A DNA stretch of 64,000 bases from the human T2T-CHM13v2.0 reference genome, Homo sapiens: NCBI RefSeq assembly GCF_009914755.1, contig NC_060925.1. One strand, 5' to 3'. The notes under the pieces were generated by a model, which did not search any database, was not told where the DNA came from, and worked only from the letters and a program-made list of their open reading frames with translations. Every line of letters starts with the position of its first letter. The first letter of the stretch is position 1. Both the position numbers and the translations under genes were made by a program. Shown piece by piece: positions 1-19,459 of this stretch.

Positions 1-777
1 GTTTCTCACTCTTAAATACACGTGACCTCAAGTTTGTAATTTCCTACAGATGCTCTCTGTCCCGGGGGACAAATTCTCTCTCCTTTGAGCACAGGGCCAT
101 TCTCCAACAGTCTCACTTTCAAAGGCACACACCCACATCTGCAGGCACTCACGCTTTTGTTGACAGCCCCTCCCACACCTCAGGCGTCTCACTGGTGATC
201 GGAGTAGGGACAGGAGACAGGATGGGTGGAGGAGATACCAGTAAGTCATCCGTCCTCCACCCACATTTTCTTTCTTAATTTGTTTTCTTGAATTTCTTTC
301 TTCCTTTCTGGTAAGCAGGGAGAGAAATTGCTGAGTAGCATCGTAGGACTCTTGGCAAGTGTCGTTGTCGTGCTAAGGATGCATGAAGGGGAGAAGGCAT
401 CGCTTAGAGGGATATCACCGGAGGAGGCAGAGAAACATATCACTGTCCCCGAAGAGAAAGACCAGTCTCACTGAAGAGCTGCTCTTCTAAGAATTCTTAC
501 CACTGGGACATTTTGTTGACATAAGGCACTGTGTCTCTATGAAACAAAATGGGACTCTAGCAGAGAAAACATATCAAATTACTTGAAAGATTCTTGAGTA
601 TTGATTTATATCAGGGGTTGGCAAACATTCTCTAAAGGGCCACATAGTAAATATTTTAAGCTTTGAAGGCCATATGATCTCTGCTGCAACTTCTCAACTT
701 GGCCATTATAGGGTGAAAGTAGCCATAGACAATACATAAATCAATGTGTGTGGCTGTGTTCCAATAAAACTTTATTT

Positions 778-891
778 ATATGCTCATTCTTTAGAATGAA
801 TAAGTTTTTTGCCATTTACTAGAAGTTTCCATGGAGAGGAACAGTGTGAGTTGATAACCAAATTTTTTGAGGTCTTGCTTAGGCAGGGCTA
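778..891 (+). pseudogene. U5 snRNA retropseudogene
   Basis: gccatttactagaagtttccatggagaggaacag...aattttttgaggtcttgcttaggcagggcta aligns to recalled U5 (gccttttactaaagatttccgtggagaggaacaa...aattttttgaggccttgctttggcaaggcta). Sm site intact, loop I mutated, A-rich tail, TSD aaaactttattta (766-778 / 909-921). Confidence 0.9.
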
Positions 892-921
892 ATAAAAAGT
901 TTTTTAAAAAAACTTTATTTA

Positions 922-1238
922 GGGCAGGCGCAGTGGCTCATGCCTGTAATCCCAGCACTTTGGGAGGCTGAGGCAGGTGGATCCCCTGAGGTCAGGAGTT
1001 CACGACCAGCCTGGCCAACATGGCGAAACCCTGTCTCTACTAAAAATACAAAACTTAGCCGGGTGTGGCGGCACATGCCTGTAATCCCAGCTACTTGGGG
1101 GGCTGAGGCAAGAGAATTGCTTGAACCTGGGAGGAGGAGATTACAGTGAGCCAAGATTGCTCTACTGTACTCCAGCCTGTGTAACAGAGCAAGACTCTGT
1201 CTCAAAAAAAAACAAAACAAAACAAAACAAAAAAAAAC
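922..1238 (+). mobile_element. Alu (AluS-like), full length
   Basis: Dimeric Alu, A/CAAAA tail, TSD aactttattta. Confidence 0.95.
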
Positions 1239-1503
1239 AACTTTATTTACAAAAACAGGCAATGGGCTGAATTTGAACCATGGCTCTAATTTGCAGACTC
1301 CCGATCTATGTAAATGACATCATGTTTTGCTCTAGTTTTTTCTTTTTTTGTGATTATGATTTAACTTGAAAACGACTAGATAACTTTTTCATCAAATTTG
1401 GAAGATTTATTTATAATGGTCAGACATAAAAAACTGGATATATACTTTGAGAAAAAATTCCCTTTTGGTGAGCCATGATGAAAGATAAGAGAGATAATTG
1501 TCT

Positions 1504-2338
<835 letters not shown>

Positions 2339-2758
2339 AGAGAGATTATTTTCTAGAGTATGTAGTGACTGTATCACACAACAGGAACAGATAAACAGTT
2401 TATTCAGTTGTGAGCCATAGCTGGATTTTCATCAGCATCAGGCTGCCGCTTCTTAGGTAGGCAACTCTCTGTAGGATGCTCCTGGTGTAAAAGAATATAA
2501 TGTACCATGGGAACGAGCCCCAGGACAGAGGAGTTGGGATGTTGGGAGTGGGTGAGACATTGCCAGTGTGCAAAGCAAGATTGAGGAGCAACTGCGGGTC
2601 TACTTCTGACTCCAGCAATCGATGGTCCAACTAAGGTTTTTAATTTTTTTTCTGCTCTGGGAAAATTTCATCTGAAAGTATCTGCTTCTTGAGCCAACTA
2701 GCTGTAGGGTACACAGATGGACACTAGAGAACAAATGCACTAGAGATACACAATATAG

Positions 2759-3156
<398 letters not shown>

Positions 3157-3799
3157 AAGTTTGGTAACCATTTCTAAATAATAGAATAGAGTGAAGCTCT
3201 TTCAATGAATCGGGTAGCTATATGCATCATGAGATATTTAAACAATATGTTGTTAAATAAATGAGAAAAGCAGATTGCACAGAAGCCCTTATAGGAAAGT
3301 CTCATATATGTGTGTGTCTGTGTGTACATACTTAGACACACATATGCATTTGCCTAGAAGAAAGTTCATAGAAATACTATACGAATTTTGAACAGTGATC
3401 ATTTCTGGGCAGCATGGGACTACCAAGGAACTCTACTTTTTCCTTACCCATTTTTCTTTCTCTCTCTTTTCTCTTCCCCTACAGGAACAAGTATTAGAAT
3501 TATAATTCAAAAGGGCAATGAGGATTTTTCCATTTAAAATATTTATGAAAAATTCAGTAGTTATGACTTCAATTCCAAAAGGAGGAATTATCCATATGCT
3601 GAGACTAGGGAAGAGAAAGTCTTACCCTACCGCGTCTTCTTTGCTATTTCTGGATGGGTTATTTGGGGTACCGCACATTTTCCATGATGATTCAAAAAGT
3701 GTGTTTTATCAAGCAAAAGGATCACTTTCTCCTTGCAATATACATTAGCTGTGAATGAACAGGTGACTCATCATTTAATTAAGGGGGAAAACAGATTTT

Positions 3800-3962
3800 G
3801 AAAGCAGTGTCCTGTGCAGTTTTAGGCAAATTACTTAAACTTTCTGAAAGCCTGCTTCCTGATTTCTGTAACAGGGTTAATAATACACACCTTCCAAATG
3901 TATGAGGATTAAATGACAGTATATGGAAAACACCTAGTCGAGCTTGACATCTGGTAAGTGCT
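3800..3962 (+). mobile_element. MIR fragment
   Basis: ggcaaattacttaaactttctga...ctgtaacagggttaataatac...gaggattaaatgac resembles the MIR core. Confidence 0.65.
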
Positions 3963-4659
3963 AAAAAAAAAAAGTTACTTTCTTTTCCATTCTCACTTTT
4001 TTTTTTCTCCTCCAGCAACAGCTTTCCCAAATGAGAAGAAAAAGCCCCGGGCTATGCTGCCATCTTCATAAGTCCAATTGCATATTCTTCCCCACATCCT
4101 AAGCCGTTTGCCTTCTCTTTCTTTCTCTGAGAAGGCAAATACCCAGACGGCAAGAATATACTGGAGTAGGAAACAGATGGCAATCCAGTCTGTGATTTGA
4201 GTGGCCAATATAATTTTATTTTAAAATGAAACTCTAGAAATAACATTTGAAATAATCCAATTACTCTTGATAATACCATGTTTGAAAAGGAAATTTGAGT
4301 CAGGGAGGTCCTATTTTAAATCCTAAATTTGGCTTCCTGCGTGTAGTAGAATTTCCCCATGATTCGCCAGTTTCCCACTGAATCACCACCCCCTCGCCAG
4401 GCGCTCCTATACCCAAAAGACTGCCAAGATTTATATAAAGTCCTGTTTCTTTCTATCAATGAAAGATTGCCATTTTGATGCGTGCATATTTCCTGATTCT
4501 CAGTTCTTTACACTTCACTGTCTTACGGTGTGCGTTGGCATGTCATACCTCCCTACCAGGGATGATGGGACTTTAATTGTAGACAAAGGTATTACTACCA
4601 ATTATGTGATGTTTCTTATCAAAGGGGAGCAGTTTCAACCTTAGCACAGCCCAGACTGA

Positions 4660-5500
4660 ACTTAGAAACTTCCCCAATAATCTTTTTCTCCCCTCTGTCT
4701 ATTTTCTCTTGTGGTGGAATCACATTCCATCATGTCACACAGTCGCGAAGCAGAACATTGTCCTTTATTCCTCCTTTGCTTTTCCCCATGTCCAAACAGT
4801 CATCTAGTCCTCTCCATTCCTGCCACCAAGGCCCTAATCCAGGCCTTTATCCTCTCTTATTTGATCATTGCAAGACCAGCTTTCCAACTAGAGTCCTTGC
4901 TTCTAGCCTTTTTGACCTCAGATCCATCCTCCATTCATTCTGTAACCAAATGCAAATTTGATGATGACATTTTGTTTGTTTGTTTGTTTATGGGCGCTCA
5001 TTGGCTCCGCAGGACCTATAGGATAAACTTTAAGTGTTCTAATATAGCATTTAGGGCCCTTTGTAATACATTTCTAGATATATCTCCCGCCATTCTCTAC
5101 TTCCAGTATTCCATTCCAGAAGCACTAAACTGACTCCAAATCGCTGCATACAGCATGATACCTCATGAATTCAGCTTTGGCTAATGGCTATTTCTTCCTT
5201 GCAATACATTTTATCTCCTCATTGACTGATTCTCCTTGTTCTTTAAGACACAGTGTAAGTATGATAGTTCTATGAAGCTTTACCAAACTCTTCTGGATAA
5301 ACTTTCTAGTTTTGCATGCTTTTTAATATAACTTTTTCATTGCACTTACCAATTTGAATTAACACTATTTATGTACTTGTGTTCCAAATGATTCTGTTAG
5401 CTCCTTGAGGGGATATATTGTTTTATTATCGCACTGAAGTGTGTTACAGAGATTGAAAGACTGTAGACTTTAACAGGTACTTGTTGAATAAATGAATTAG
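4660..5500 (+). mobile_element. Degraded L2 LINE 3' region
   Basis: ctctccattcctgccaccaaggccctaatccagg ... tacttgttgaataaatgaat, typical of the L2 3' end. Confidence 0.55.
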
Positions 5501-5519
5501 TAAAAGAATTAATTCATGG

Positions 5520-6035
5520 GTAGTCTATTAGTTATTTATTGCTTCATAACAAATTACCGCAAAACTTAAAGATATAAAACAACAAATATTTATTATCTTG
5601 CATAGTTTCTGTGAGTCAGGAATTCAGGAGGAGCTTAGCTGGGTGGTTCTGCTTCAGGGTGTCCCGGGAGGTAGTAGCCAAGCTGTCAACTGGGGTTACA
5701 GTAAACTGAGGGTTTGGCTGGACTGGAGCATCCAATTCCAAGCTCACCTGGGTGGCTGTCGGCAGGAGGTTTCAGTTCATTTCCACAGTGGGCACTCATG
5801 ACACGGCAGCTGGCTTCCCCCCAGTAAGCGATCTAGGAGACAAAGAGAAAGTGCAATCAAGAGCAAGCTGTGGTGTCTCTTATAACTTAATTTCAGAAGT
5901 GACGTGTCATCACTTCTGCCGTATTCTCTTGGACACACTGACCCACCCTGGCCCAATATGGAAGGGAGTTACACAGGGTATGAATATCAGAAAGTGGGGA
6001 TCACTGGGGGTCACGTTGGAGGCTGGTTACTGCAG
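5520..6035 (-). mobile_element. MLT1-family (ERVL-MaLR) solo LTR
   Basis: tattgcttcataacaaattacc...aaacaacaaatatttattatc...gtcaggaattcagg...catcacttctgccgtattct...ggggatcactggggg is MLT1-type sequence. Confidence 0.8.
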
Positions 6036-6200
6036 GCAAGTATTCTCAATGTTCCAAAAATCTTCCTAAGTAAATATTCTCTTTTACCTACTTATAAGGC
6101 CATTTCTGCTCATACGAGTTATTCAAAGAATGAACAAGAGTGAATCATGCAGGGTTTGGACAAAGCCTCTCTAATTTCTGGAAGTTGTTTATTTTATATA

Positions 6201-6453
6201 TTTTTTTTTGTAAGACAGTCTCACTCTGATGCCCAGGCTGGAGTGCAGTGCCGCGATCTTGGCTTATGCTGCAGCCTCCCGAGTAGCTGGGACCACAGGT
6301 ATGCACCATCATGCCTGGCTAATTTTTGCATTTTTTGTAGAGACGGGGCTTTGCCATCTTGGCCAGGCTGGTCTCAAACTCCTGACCTCCAGTGATCTGC
6401 CTACCTCAGCCTCCCAAAGTGCTGGGATTACAGGCATGAGCCACCCTACCGGG
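6201..6453 (-). mobile_element. Alu (old, internally deleted)
   Basis: Alu reverse complement with a right-arm deletion. Confidence 0.9.
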
Positions 6454-6978
6454 TCTATTGATTTCATAATTAATGAGGAGAGAGAGAGAGAGAGAATTTT
6501 CTTGGTGAGGAAGATTAGAAGAGGGAGAGACATATTTCTATTAGCAGTATTGATTTAGTGGCACTGGATGGGTTGGTCCAACAATGAGGTATTTATTGTA
6601 CTGGTTCTAAGGGCTCACACTTGATATTTATGCATTTTTGCAATTTATGGATATCTGACATATAATCCAAGAATACCCTGAATGAATGGACAGGCAAGAA
6701 ATGACCACTGCAACTAGGTTGATTGTTATAATCAGGAAACTGGGCAAGCAATGGAAATAACAACAACAAAAACAGCCCAGCGAGGTTCCTAAATCAATGA
6801 CGCTCAGCCCAGGGCTAGAAAGGAATTCAGTCAAGCACACAGCCAGGGGATACAGCTTGCAACAGGCTCTGCTGACAGCAGTTCTGCTAGTCCAGCTCCT
6901 TTGGCTTACTTGTGTGGTTAAAATATGAATTAGCCTCATTCATATATACCCATAAGGCAAAGGTTTGAAATGGCTTCT

Positions 6979-7284
6979 TTTTTTTCTGCCTTTTTTTTTT
7001 TTTTTGAGATGGAGTCTCACTCTGTCGCTCAGGCTGGAGTGCAGTGGCGCGATCTCAGCTCACTGCAACCTCTGCCTCCCAGGTTCAAGCAATTCTCTGC
7101 CTCAGCCTCCCGAGTAGCTGGGATTACAGGCACCCACCACCACGCCCAGTTAATTTTTGTATTTTTAGTAGACAGGGGGTTTCACCGTCTTGGCCAGAGT
7201 GGTCTTGAACTCCTGACCTCATGATCCACCTGCCTCAGCCTCCCAGAGTGCTGGGATTACTGGCATGAGCCACCGCACCCAGCC
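6979..7284 (-). mobile_element. Alu (AluS-like)
   Basis: Full length; TSD gaaatggcttct. Confidence 0.95.
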
Positions 7285-8863
7285 TGAAATGGCTTCTTAA
7301 AGGAAGATGCAGTTGCTCATGGACAATGGCTCCCCATTTCCTACGTTTCCAGCCTAAGCCTTCCTTCCTCCTCTAGACTCTCACTTTCTCTCTAGTCTTA
7401 ATTCCCCTGTCAGGCTTATCTTTAGCTTTCCAATCCCTTAATAGCTCTTAAATCTCGTCACTCAACAAAGCTATATTGTAGTGAGATATAAAGGCCTTCA
7501 ATTTGATATGGGTGAACCTTCCCACATCAGAAGGTTTGCATAAATATCTCAAAGTATTTTATCTTTCTGAACAATTCTAGATTTTGGGGAAACAGAAATC
7601 TCAGTTCATTTATCAGATGGTTTCCCTCAACTCAAAAACCTCTGGTTATTTTGGAGAAAACGATTCATTTATTCATCTGATTAATTTACGTATTCAGTGA
7701 CCCAGATTTTTTTTAAAAAATCAGTATTATCTGATAACCACCAATTCAAGAACATTTTAAAAGACTTATAATGATGATTCTTTACAGTAGCTATAAATAG
7801 TTGCTTAATATGTGCCTCATTGTCTTCCACCATAACATTCATTTATAAACACTGTGTCGACCAAGGCACTGTTTCTGGTAGGATATAGGAAAACAAAAAT
7901 GAATAAGGCGTGATTTTTCTTTTATTTATGGAGTATCTCGTTCTTTTCTCCTTCCATGGTCTTTTTAAATATACATTTCTCCTCATTTGCTCACAAGGTA
8001 GATCTGAAAAAATGTACCAGAACAAGTATCATTTTAAAATATTAATTTTTAAATCTAGTGTGTTTCTGATGCCTGGAAGAGCCACAGTCTGCAGCTCCAC
8101 CCCTCATGTCAGTTCTTGTATACTTTCTAGGGGTCGGCTTAGAGGTTGATTTCTCCCTAGCTACACGCGTATTTCCCGTGCCTCACATTTCTAACAAACG
8201 GTGGCACTCTCTCCTCCCACAGGAGGAGGATATTTTTCATTCAATTGCTTTCTCTGTTCTTTACTGGCTTCCCTCCACAGGGGAAGTAACTTAGCTGGTT
8301 GAAAACTTCGGGATAAGGATGAGTGAGTGTGCAAATCTCCATCTCTGGCTTTCTCTTGTGTTACCAACCACCCACAAGCTACACCTGTTCTGGATTTCTA
8401 CTTTCTTCAGGCAACAAGCCCAGCCCAGGGAGCACTAATGGTGTAGCATCTCTGTTTCGACTGAGTGGCTAAATGTAATCTGTGATGAGCAGGAGTTGGA
8501 AGTCATTTTGCCTTTGGGTCCAAGCCACTTTCTCTGAACCAATATCAGCAACAAGGCTGACATATTGAAACATATTTGATTTCTGTGTCTATTTTTCAAT
8601 TGGTCCCTAACACTCCAGAGAAGCCCAGGTTCCATTAGATTTTTCGGTTATACACTCTCATTACGTCCCAAGTCTTAATGACTCTCCTTTCACCATTCTT
8701 TTTCTTCTCCTTCTGCTATTCTCATTACACACATGTTGCATCTTTTGAAATTGTCCCACAGTTCTTGGATATTCTGTACTGTGTCTTCCTTTTTTTTTTC
8801 TTTTTGCAGTTTTTTTTTTTTTTTTTTGCATTTTCATTTTGCAAGTTTCTATTGACATCTTGT

Positions 8864-9381
<518 letters not shown>

Positions 9382-10046
9382 TAGAGTTTTCATTTTTCTG
9401 CTTACAGGTTACCTCGCTTTCTGCATGTTGTCCACTTTTTCTATTCAAGCCTTTAGCATATTAATCATAGTTATTTTACATTTCCAGTCAGATGATTCCA
9501 GAATGTCTCCCATATTGAATCTGGTCTGATGCTTGCATTGCCTCTTCAGATTGTTTTTTGCCTTTCAGCATACCTTGAAATTTGTTGTTGCAAGCTGGAC
9601 ATAATACACCTGGTAAGAGGAACAGAGGTAATGTGAGGGTTTGTGTTTTCATGCTTTTCTGGCTAGAGTTAGTCTATGCATATTGTTTCTTTAGCTCTGG
9701 TGTCAGAAGCTAAAATATCTTCCAGTGTCATTGTTTTTGTCTCCTCTGCTGGCTTTGGGTTTTTCTAGAGACTCTTTAAATAGAGTTTGAGGCTTCCAGT
9801 TATTTTAGCTGTATTCCTCTGTTATTACACTAAAGCCCTATTGATATGGTGGTAGGGTGAGGAGGATGGAAAATATTTTGTAGTCTTATGATTAGATCTC
9901 AGTGTTTTGGGGAGTCTGAGTTGGCTATTTTCTTTCCCCTATGTGGAAGTCTACAATGTACTAGAGTTGAATATTTCCCTTGTTATAGGTTGGTTAAGCT
10001 TTGGTAAAAACTCCAGTCAGAGGCTCTGGTAAAATAGTTTTCCTTT

Positions 10047-10358
10047 CGCTGGGCATGGTGGCTCACGCCTATAATCCCAGCACTTTGGGAGGCTGAGGCG
10101 GGCAGATCACGAGGTTGGGAGTTTGAGACCAGCCTGGCCAATACGGTGAAACCCCGTCTTTACTGAAAATACAAAAATTAGCCGGGCGTGGTAGCATGTG
10201 CCTGTAATCCCAGCTACTCGGGAGGCTGAGGCAGGAAAATCGCTTCAACCTGGGAGGTGGAGGTTGCAGTGAGCCGAGATGGCTCCACTACACTCCAGCC
10301 TGGGCAACAGAGTGAGACTCTGACTCAAAAAAAAAGAAAAAGAAAAAGAAAATAAAAG
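10047..10358 (+). mobile_element. Alu (AluS-like)
   Basis: Full length; TSD aaaatagttttcctttc. Confidence 0.95.
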
Positions 10359-10869
10359 AAAATAGTTTTCCTTTCAGGGTAGTCCCCTTTTTCAGGAGAA
10401 CAGAGGTGTCTGGTCATATTTCAAAATGGCCCCTCTTCTTGCCCTGACAGAACTAGGAGAGGACTTCTTTTCAGATCATCACCGCAAGAACCTGGCAGAG
10501 CTCCTGGAGATAAACCTCACAGAAGTGTGAGGGCTCCTTAAGACTGGGCCCCCTGGAAGCTTTAGGCCTCAAGTTAATCTACACTGAGCACCCACCAATT
10601 CATTAATCACAGTTTTAAGTGTTCCTGCCATATTAGGACTAGCTGTGGGGATTTGGCTGGAAAGCTGTGATTCTCTGTATCCACCTGTCTGTCTTTCTGG
10701 CTTTCAGGGCAGCAGTTTGCCCTGTTGCCTCAATTCTCTGATGGATCTAAGAAGAGTTGTTGATTTTAGTTTACTCAGCATTTTTTTTCTCATTAGGAGG
10801 TTGGAAATAATGACTCCTAAGCTTCTTACATTTGGGAACAGAAACTGGAATTTCATTCAAGTTATGGTA

Positions 10870-11030
10870 CTTTAACTTCTTTTGTGCTTCATTTTCTTCA
10901 TCTATAAAATGAGGATAACTGTAATATCTAACTCACAGGATTGATGTGATGCTTTAATCAGTTAAGTGATGTACAGTGATTGGAATGGACCTTGGCATGT
11001 AGTAAATTCACAATGAGTATTATTACTAAG
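10870..11030 (+). mobile_element. MIR fragment
   Basis: ttttcttcatctataaaatgaggataactgtaatatctaactcacaggattgatgtga, MIR core. Confidence 0.7.
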
Positions 11031-11704
11031 AGGCACCAGGGCAGGGGCCAGATCTGTCTTGTTCATCACCGCTCCCCAGTGCATAGCAGGCCATGACTCA
11101 ATGATCTGAAAGCCTGGCTAAAATATCAGTAGTCTCTGTCATATCACAGACTTTCTCTGGCTTGTAGAATTTTGGCACTCTACTCAAGTTTGTGGTCCTT
11201 TCACTCTGAATCACAAGCATGTGGGGGTGATTCCCTGATTGAGGACAGGGGCATCTTAGCTACTTTTTGTGTATGTTCATTAGGGATAAGGGACTCACAA
11301 GTGACTAAAGAGACTTACATTGTGATATCATCTTATATTTCTCATGAATCCAATAGAATCTACGATACAGGTCTGAATCGGCTGTCAACTCACTGCATAG
11401 GATGATGGCTTCCATCATCAACTCTGTCGTAAGTCCCTCTGGGATCTTTGGTTGATCTTTTTATCTTGCTGGTGTCTTATTTATCACCCGTAAAAAAGCA
11501 ACATCACATCCTTCTTATGTGAATGTCTTGCCAGTCTAGGACATCATGGACATGACAGAGAACAAATCTAGAATTTCTTATCTGAATAAATTTGACCATG
11601 TCAGTGAGAGCACTTTATGACAGAGGAAACTGGGTAATCTCACAATTTCAATACCAATTATATAGTTTTGGCTTTACTTCATCTAGTGGTTAAAATCAGA
11701 AGTA

Positions 11705-12005
11705 TTTATTTATTTTTCAATTTTATTTATTTTTATTGATATGTAATAGACGTACATATTTTCAGGGTACAGTGATAATTTAATACATCCATGTAATTTG
11801 CACAGATCAAACCAATGTACTTGAGATATCCATCACCCTAAGTATTTGTCTTCTCTTTCTGCAAGAAACGTTCCAATTATTCTTTTCTAGCTATTTTGAA
11901 ATATGCACTAGATCATTGTCAACTACAGCCACCTACTCATCTAACAATCGCTAGGTCTTATTTCTTCTGTAGAACTCTGTATCTGTACTCATTCATCAAC
12001 CTCTC
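11705..12005 (-). mobile_element. L1MA-type 3' end
   Basis: T-rich tail followed by gtacatattttcagggtaca...ttttctagctattttgaaata. Confidence 0.75.
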
Positions 12006-12137
12006 CAATCAGCAGTATTTAAATTTAAATTGGGTCTTTGCTTCTTCTCCTCTCCTTCCTTAGTTTTGTTCTAGTTTCTTTAACAACTTATTTTCTCTTA
12101 GTCTTATGTCATCCAGTCTCCTCTATAAATGGAGGAG

Positions 12138-12448
<311 letters not shown>

Positions 12449-12703
12449 ATCTTCTATAACAAAGTCATCCACCTTCTATAAATGGAAAGAGTTGTCTGAA
12501 GTTACAGATTTTTGGTTTTGCAACTGTTGGCCTTTTATTGGGATGCTTTCAAAATGGCAGACAAAATAAATGAACAAACACAATTTATGCTTTTTTTAAA
12601 GACAGATTTTGCTCCTGTCAATTAACAAAACAAAATAAAAGAAAAACAAACTTCTACCCATAGAGGGTAGGAAAGGTTGGCTACAAGAAAAATAATTAGC
12701 ACC

Positions 12704-13018
<315 letters not shown>

Positions 13019-13628
13019 TTAGCACTTATTCAGCATTTTATTCCATTTTCCTAATCTTACTGTTACTTATTCTAGAAACTAAGGTGGTTTACAAAATCTT
13101 ATAAACTTCAGTAATATCTCATGCAGTAATATTTCACGGAGGAAAATTAAAAAGAGGAAAGAGGAAAGAAGCAAGAGTGTAACATGGAGGTTAAGACACA
13201 AAAGTAATCAATCAACAAGGGCCACAGATTGGCTCTAAAGTTTCCAGTAGTAACTCCTAAAAGGAGAGCCTGATTAATCACAAACTTCATAACTAATAAT
13301 CAGAAGAAAACAAATCAAATACTCTGAAGAAGCACAGCCATTACAAACATTCCTAAGAGACTGGAATGAGACGTCTGCCCAGCATTATCCTAAAGATCGT
13401 CTGATGTGATATAGCAAATCCTACCTGCAGCATCGTTCTTAGCATCAGTGTGTTGATGCAGGCCACAGAACTCTCTTTTGCTACACCTCGCTCCCACTGG
13501 TGGTCTCACATGAACTAAAATTCAGTTAGTGCAATTCAGGCCAAGGTGATACAGCTCAGAATCCTTATCTTTTGGCAACCCTGCCTCCGTAAAGGGGTGA
13601 ATTTCAGAGTAACCAGAGAAACGATTAA

Positions 13629-13952
<324 letters not shown>

Positions 13953-14519
13953 GCGTATAGTATTAAAACTACATACCTATCCTGAACATTGCTTCTCTCC
14001 ATGGTTGTTTATAGATGTTGTGTGAGCTGAGATCTCTCAGGAGTGGGTTGAAATCAATGATGCAGTACCTAGTGACTAGTGACAATACAGTTGTCTCTGT
14101 ACTCCTCACCTTATGCATATGTCTGTTGCCACCACCCCTGTGGAGAGCCACCTCTTCACACTTACTCTATTTCATTGGCTTTCTTGTGGGCATCTCTGCC
14201 TCCAACCTGTCTCACATACTCCTCCCGATGAGCCTCACAAAACTTCCCTTGATCAAGCCACTTCCTGTTTATAGTGCTTAAGTAGTTTCCCTATTGCTTG
14301 AATAATAAAACGCATCAATCTTATCTTAGTATTTAAGACCTCACCATTACAAACGTATCTATTGCATCTCCCTGCACAAATGTTTGAATCCTCTGAGAAT
14401 AAATACCACTGTTGGAAGTTTTCTTTGCGTCACAGTGTTACTCATTCCCTCTTATGCTATCATGGCCTACAGAAAACATACCATGCCTTCAAATCTCATC
14501 TTAAAATACCAGCTCCTCA

Positions 14520-14903
<384 letters not shown>

Positions 14904-15260
14904 TCACTCCAGTTTTCCTTTCATTTCAAGAGGTCTTTCCAAGTGCACTGTGCTCCAGCCACACTGGCTTACTTCCATCTACAGGAACACCGTGCTCCTT
15001 TGTGCCTTGGAGCCTTTGATCACTCTCCTCTCTCTCCTGCCAGGCAGGAGCTGTCTCAGTCCTTGAGGGATACCACACATAGGCCTCCTTTAATAAAGCT
15101 CATAGAAGCAGATGTCCCTCTTCATTCTTCGTCTTCACCCTGTGTGACTCTTTTCCTAATGTGTAATTCAAGATGTCATTTGTTTGCCTACTTATCACGT
15201 CTTTCTCCTATAGATTGTGAATATCGAAAGGTAGGCTTGGGAGAAAGTTTTGTTCACTGA

Positions 15261-15624
<364 letters not shown>

Positions 15625-15789
15625 GAAATTGTTTTTGTTAAGCATCACAACTCCTCTGTGCCTAGCACAGTATGACAGAAGATGACTGGTAAAGATGATT
15701 GTTGAATTTTGTTGACTGTGTGACTTGTTCCCCTTCATGATTTGTAAAACTCTTGAGGACAGCAGTGGTACTTTAAAAAAAAAAAAAAG

Positions 15790-16395
<606 letters not shown>

Positions 16396-16984
16396 CCCAG
16401 TGGTACTTTTTATGCTGTTCTATATAACACGACTTTCACAAAATGGCACACATTATAGTGCATATTATTTTTATACAATCAATGGATAGAACATGGGATT
16501 ACGGAAGACACTTAGCTTTTATTTCTTCCGAGAAACTAGTAGATCAAATACATATAATTGAAATTATGATATTTTAGGACAGATTATCATAGTGAGTAAT
16601 TATACTATCACATATAATTAAAGCAACAAATTATAATGCACTATAAATAATAGGCATGTTTATAGAACACTGTATATATTTTTGGCAATTACTTTAGTTT
16701 GCAATGCTGTCAGACCAGTCATCCTCATTTACTTCTAAAAGGAGCATGTTGCCATTTCTACTCTCTCTTTTCTGGGATCCAGAGAGTATTATACTTATTG
16801 GCTATATATATCATACCCACAAAAGTGTTTCTATAAAAGGTGTTATTTTGGTTATTGCAAGGTCCAAATTTGAACAGCAGCATGGTTAGTAGATCAGTAA
16901 AATGATGTATTGGAAAGAGCTTTTCCTTCAGCTTATAACTGAAGTAGCTTTAAGTTGTGGCTTCACAAAAGACACGTTTCGTTT

Positions 16985-18816
<1,832 letters not shown>

Positions 18817-19099
18817 TGACCCCTAGAAAATAACCTGGCTCTTTTCAACCACATTTCCCTTCTCCGTCTCTCTTAAGGTTGTAGAGAAGACTACAATAAT
18901 AAATTATGAGGAAAACTTCAAAATAGGAAAATAAATTATGATTTTCTAACAATCTTCCCAATAATCAGAAACAAACCAATTTATATGGCTTCAGAAGTAA
19001 CTCAATTATGTGCATGTTCATTTCTCACCTGAAGACATAGTTATTATCTGCTTAGGTCTTTTTACTCAAATCTTGCCTCTGGCAATAAGTTTAGCCTAA

Positions 19100-19459
<360 letters not shown>

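Larger units (their letters stand above)
612..1303 (-). mobile_element. MER58A-like hAT-Charlie DNA transposon, split by a U5 retrocopy and an Alu (element parts 612-778 and 1250-1303)
   Basis: Termini caggggttggcaaa ... tttgcagactcccg; internal tggctgtgttccaataaaactttatttacaaaaacaggc matches the recalled MER58A reverse complement; degenerate 8-bp TSD atttatat (604-611) / atctatgt (1304-1311). Confidence 0.85.

Noticed and set aside
779-908. Initially read as a truncated mRNA 3' end because of AATAAA at 891-896
   Set aside because: The sequence matches U5 snRNA; the AATAAA spans the U5 end and its A-rich tail.
13487-13505. CTCF-like motif (minus strand gaccaccagtgggagcg)
   Set aside because: Mismatches at core positions; not supportable without ChIP data.
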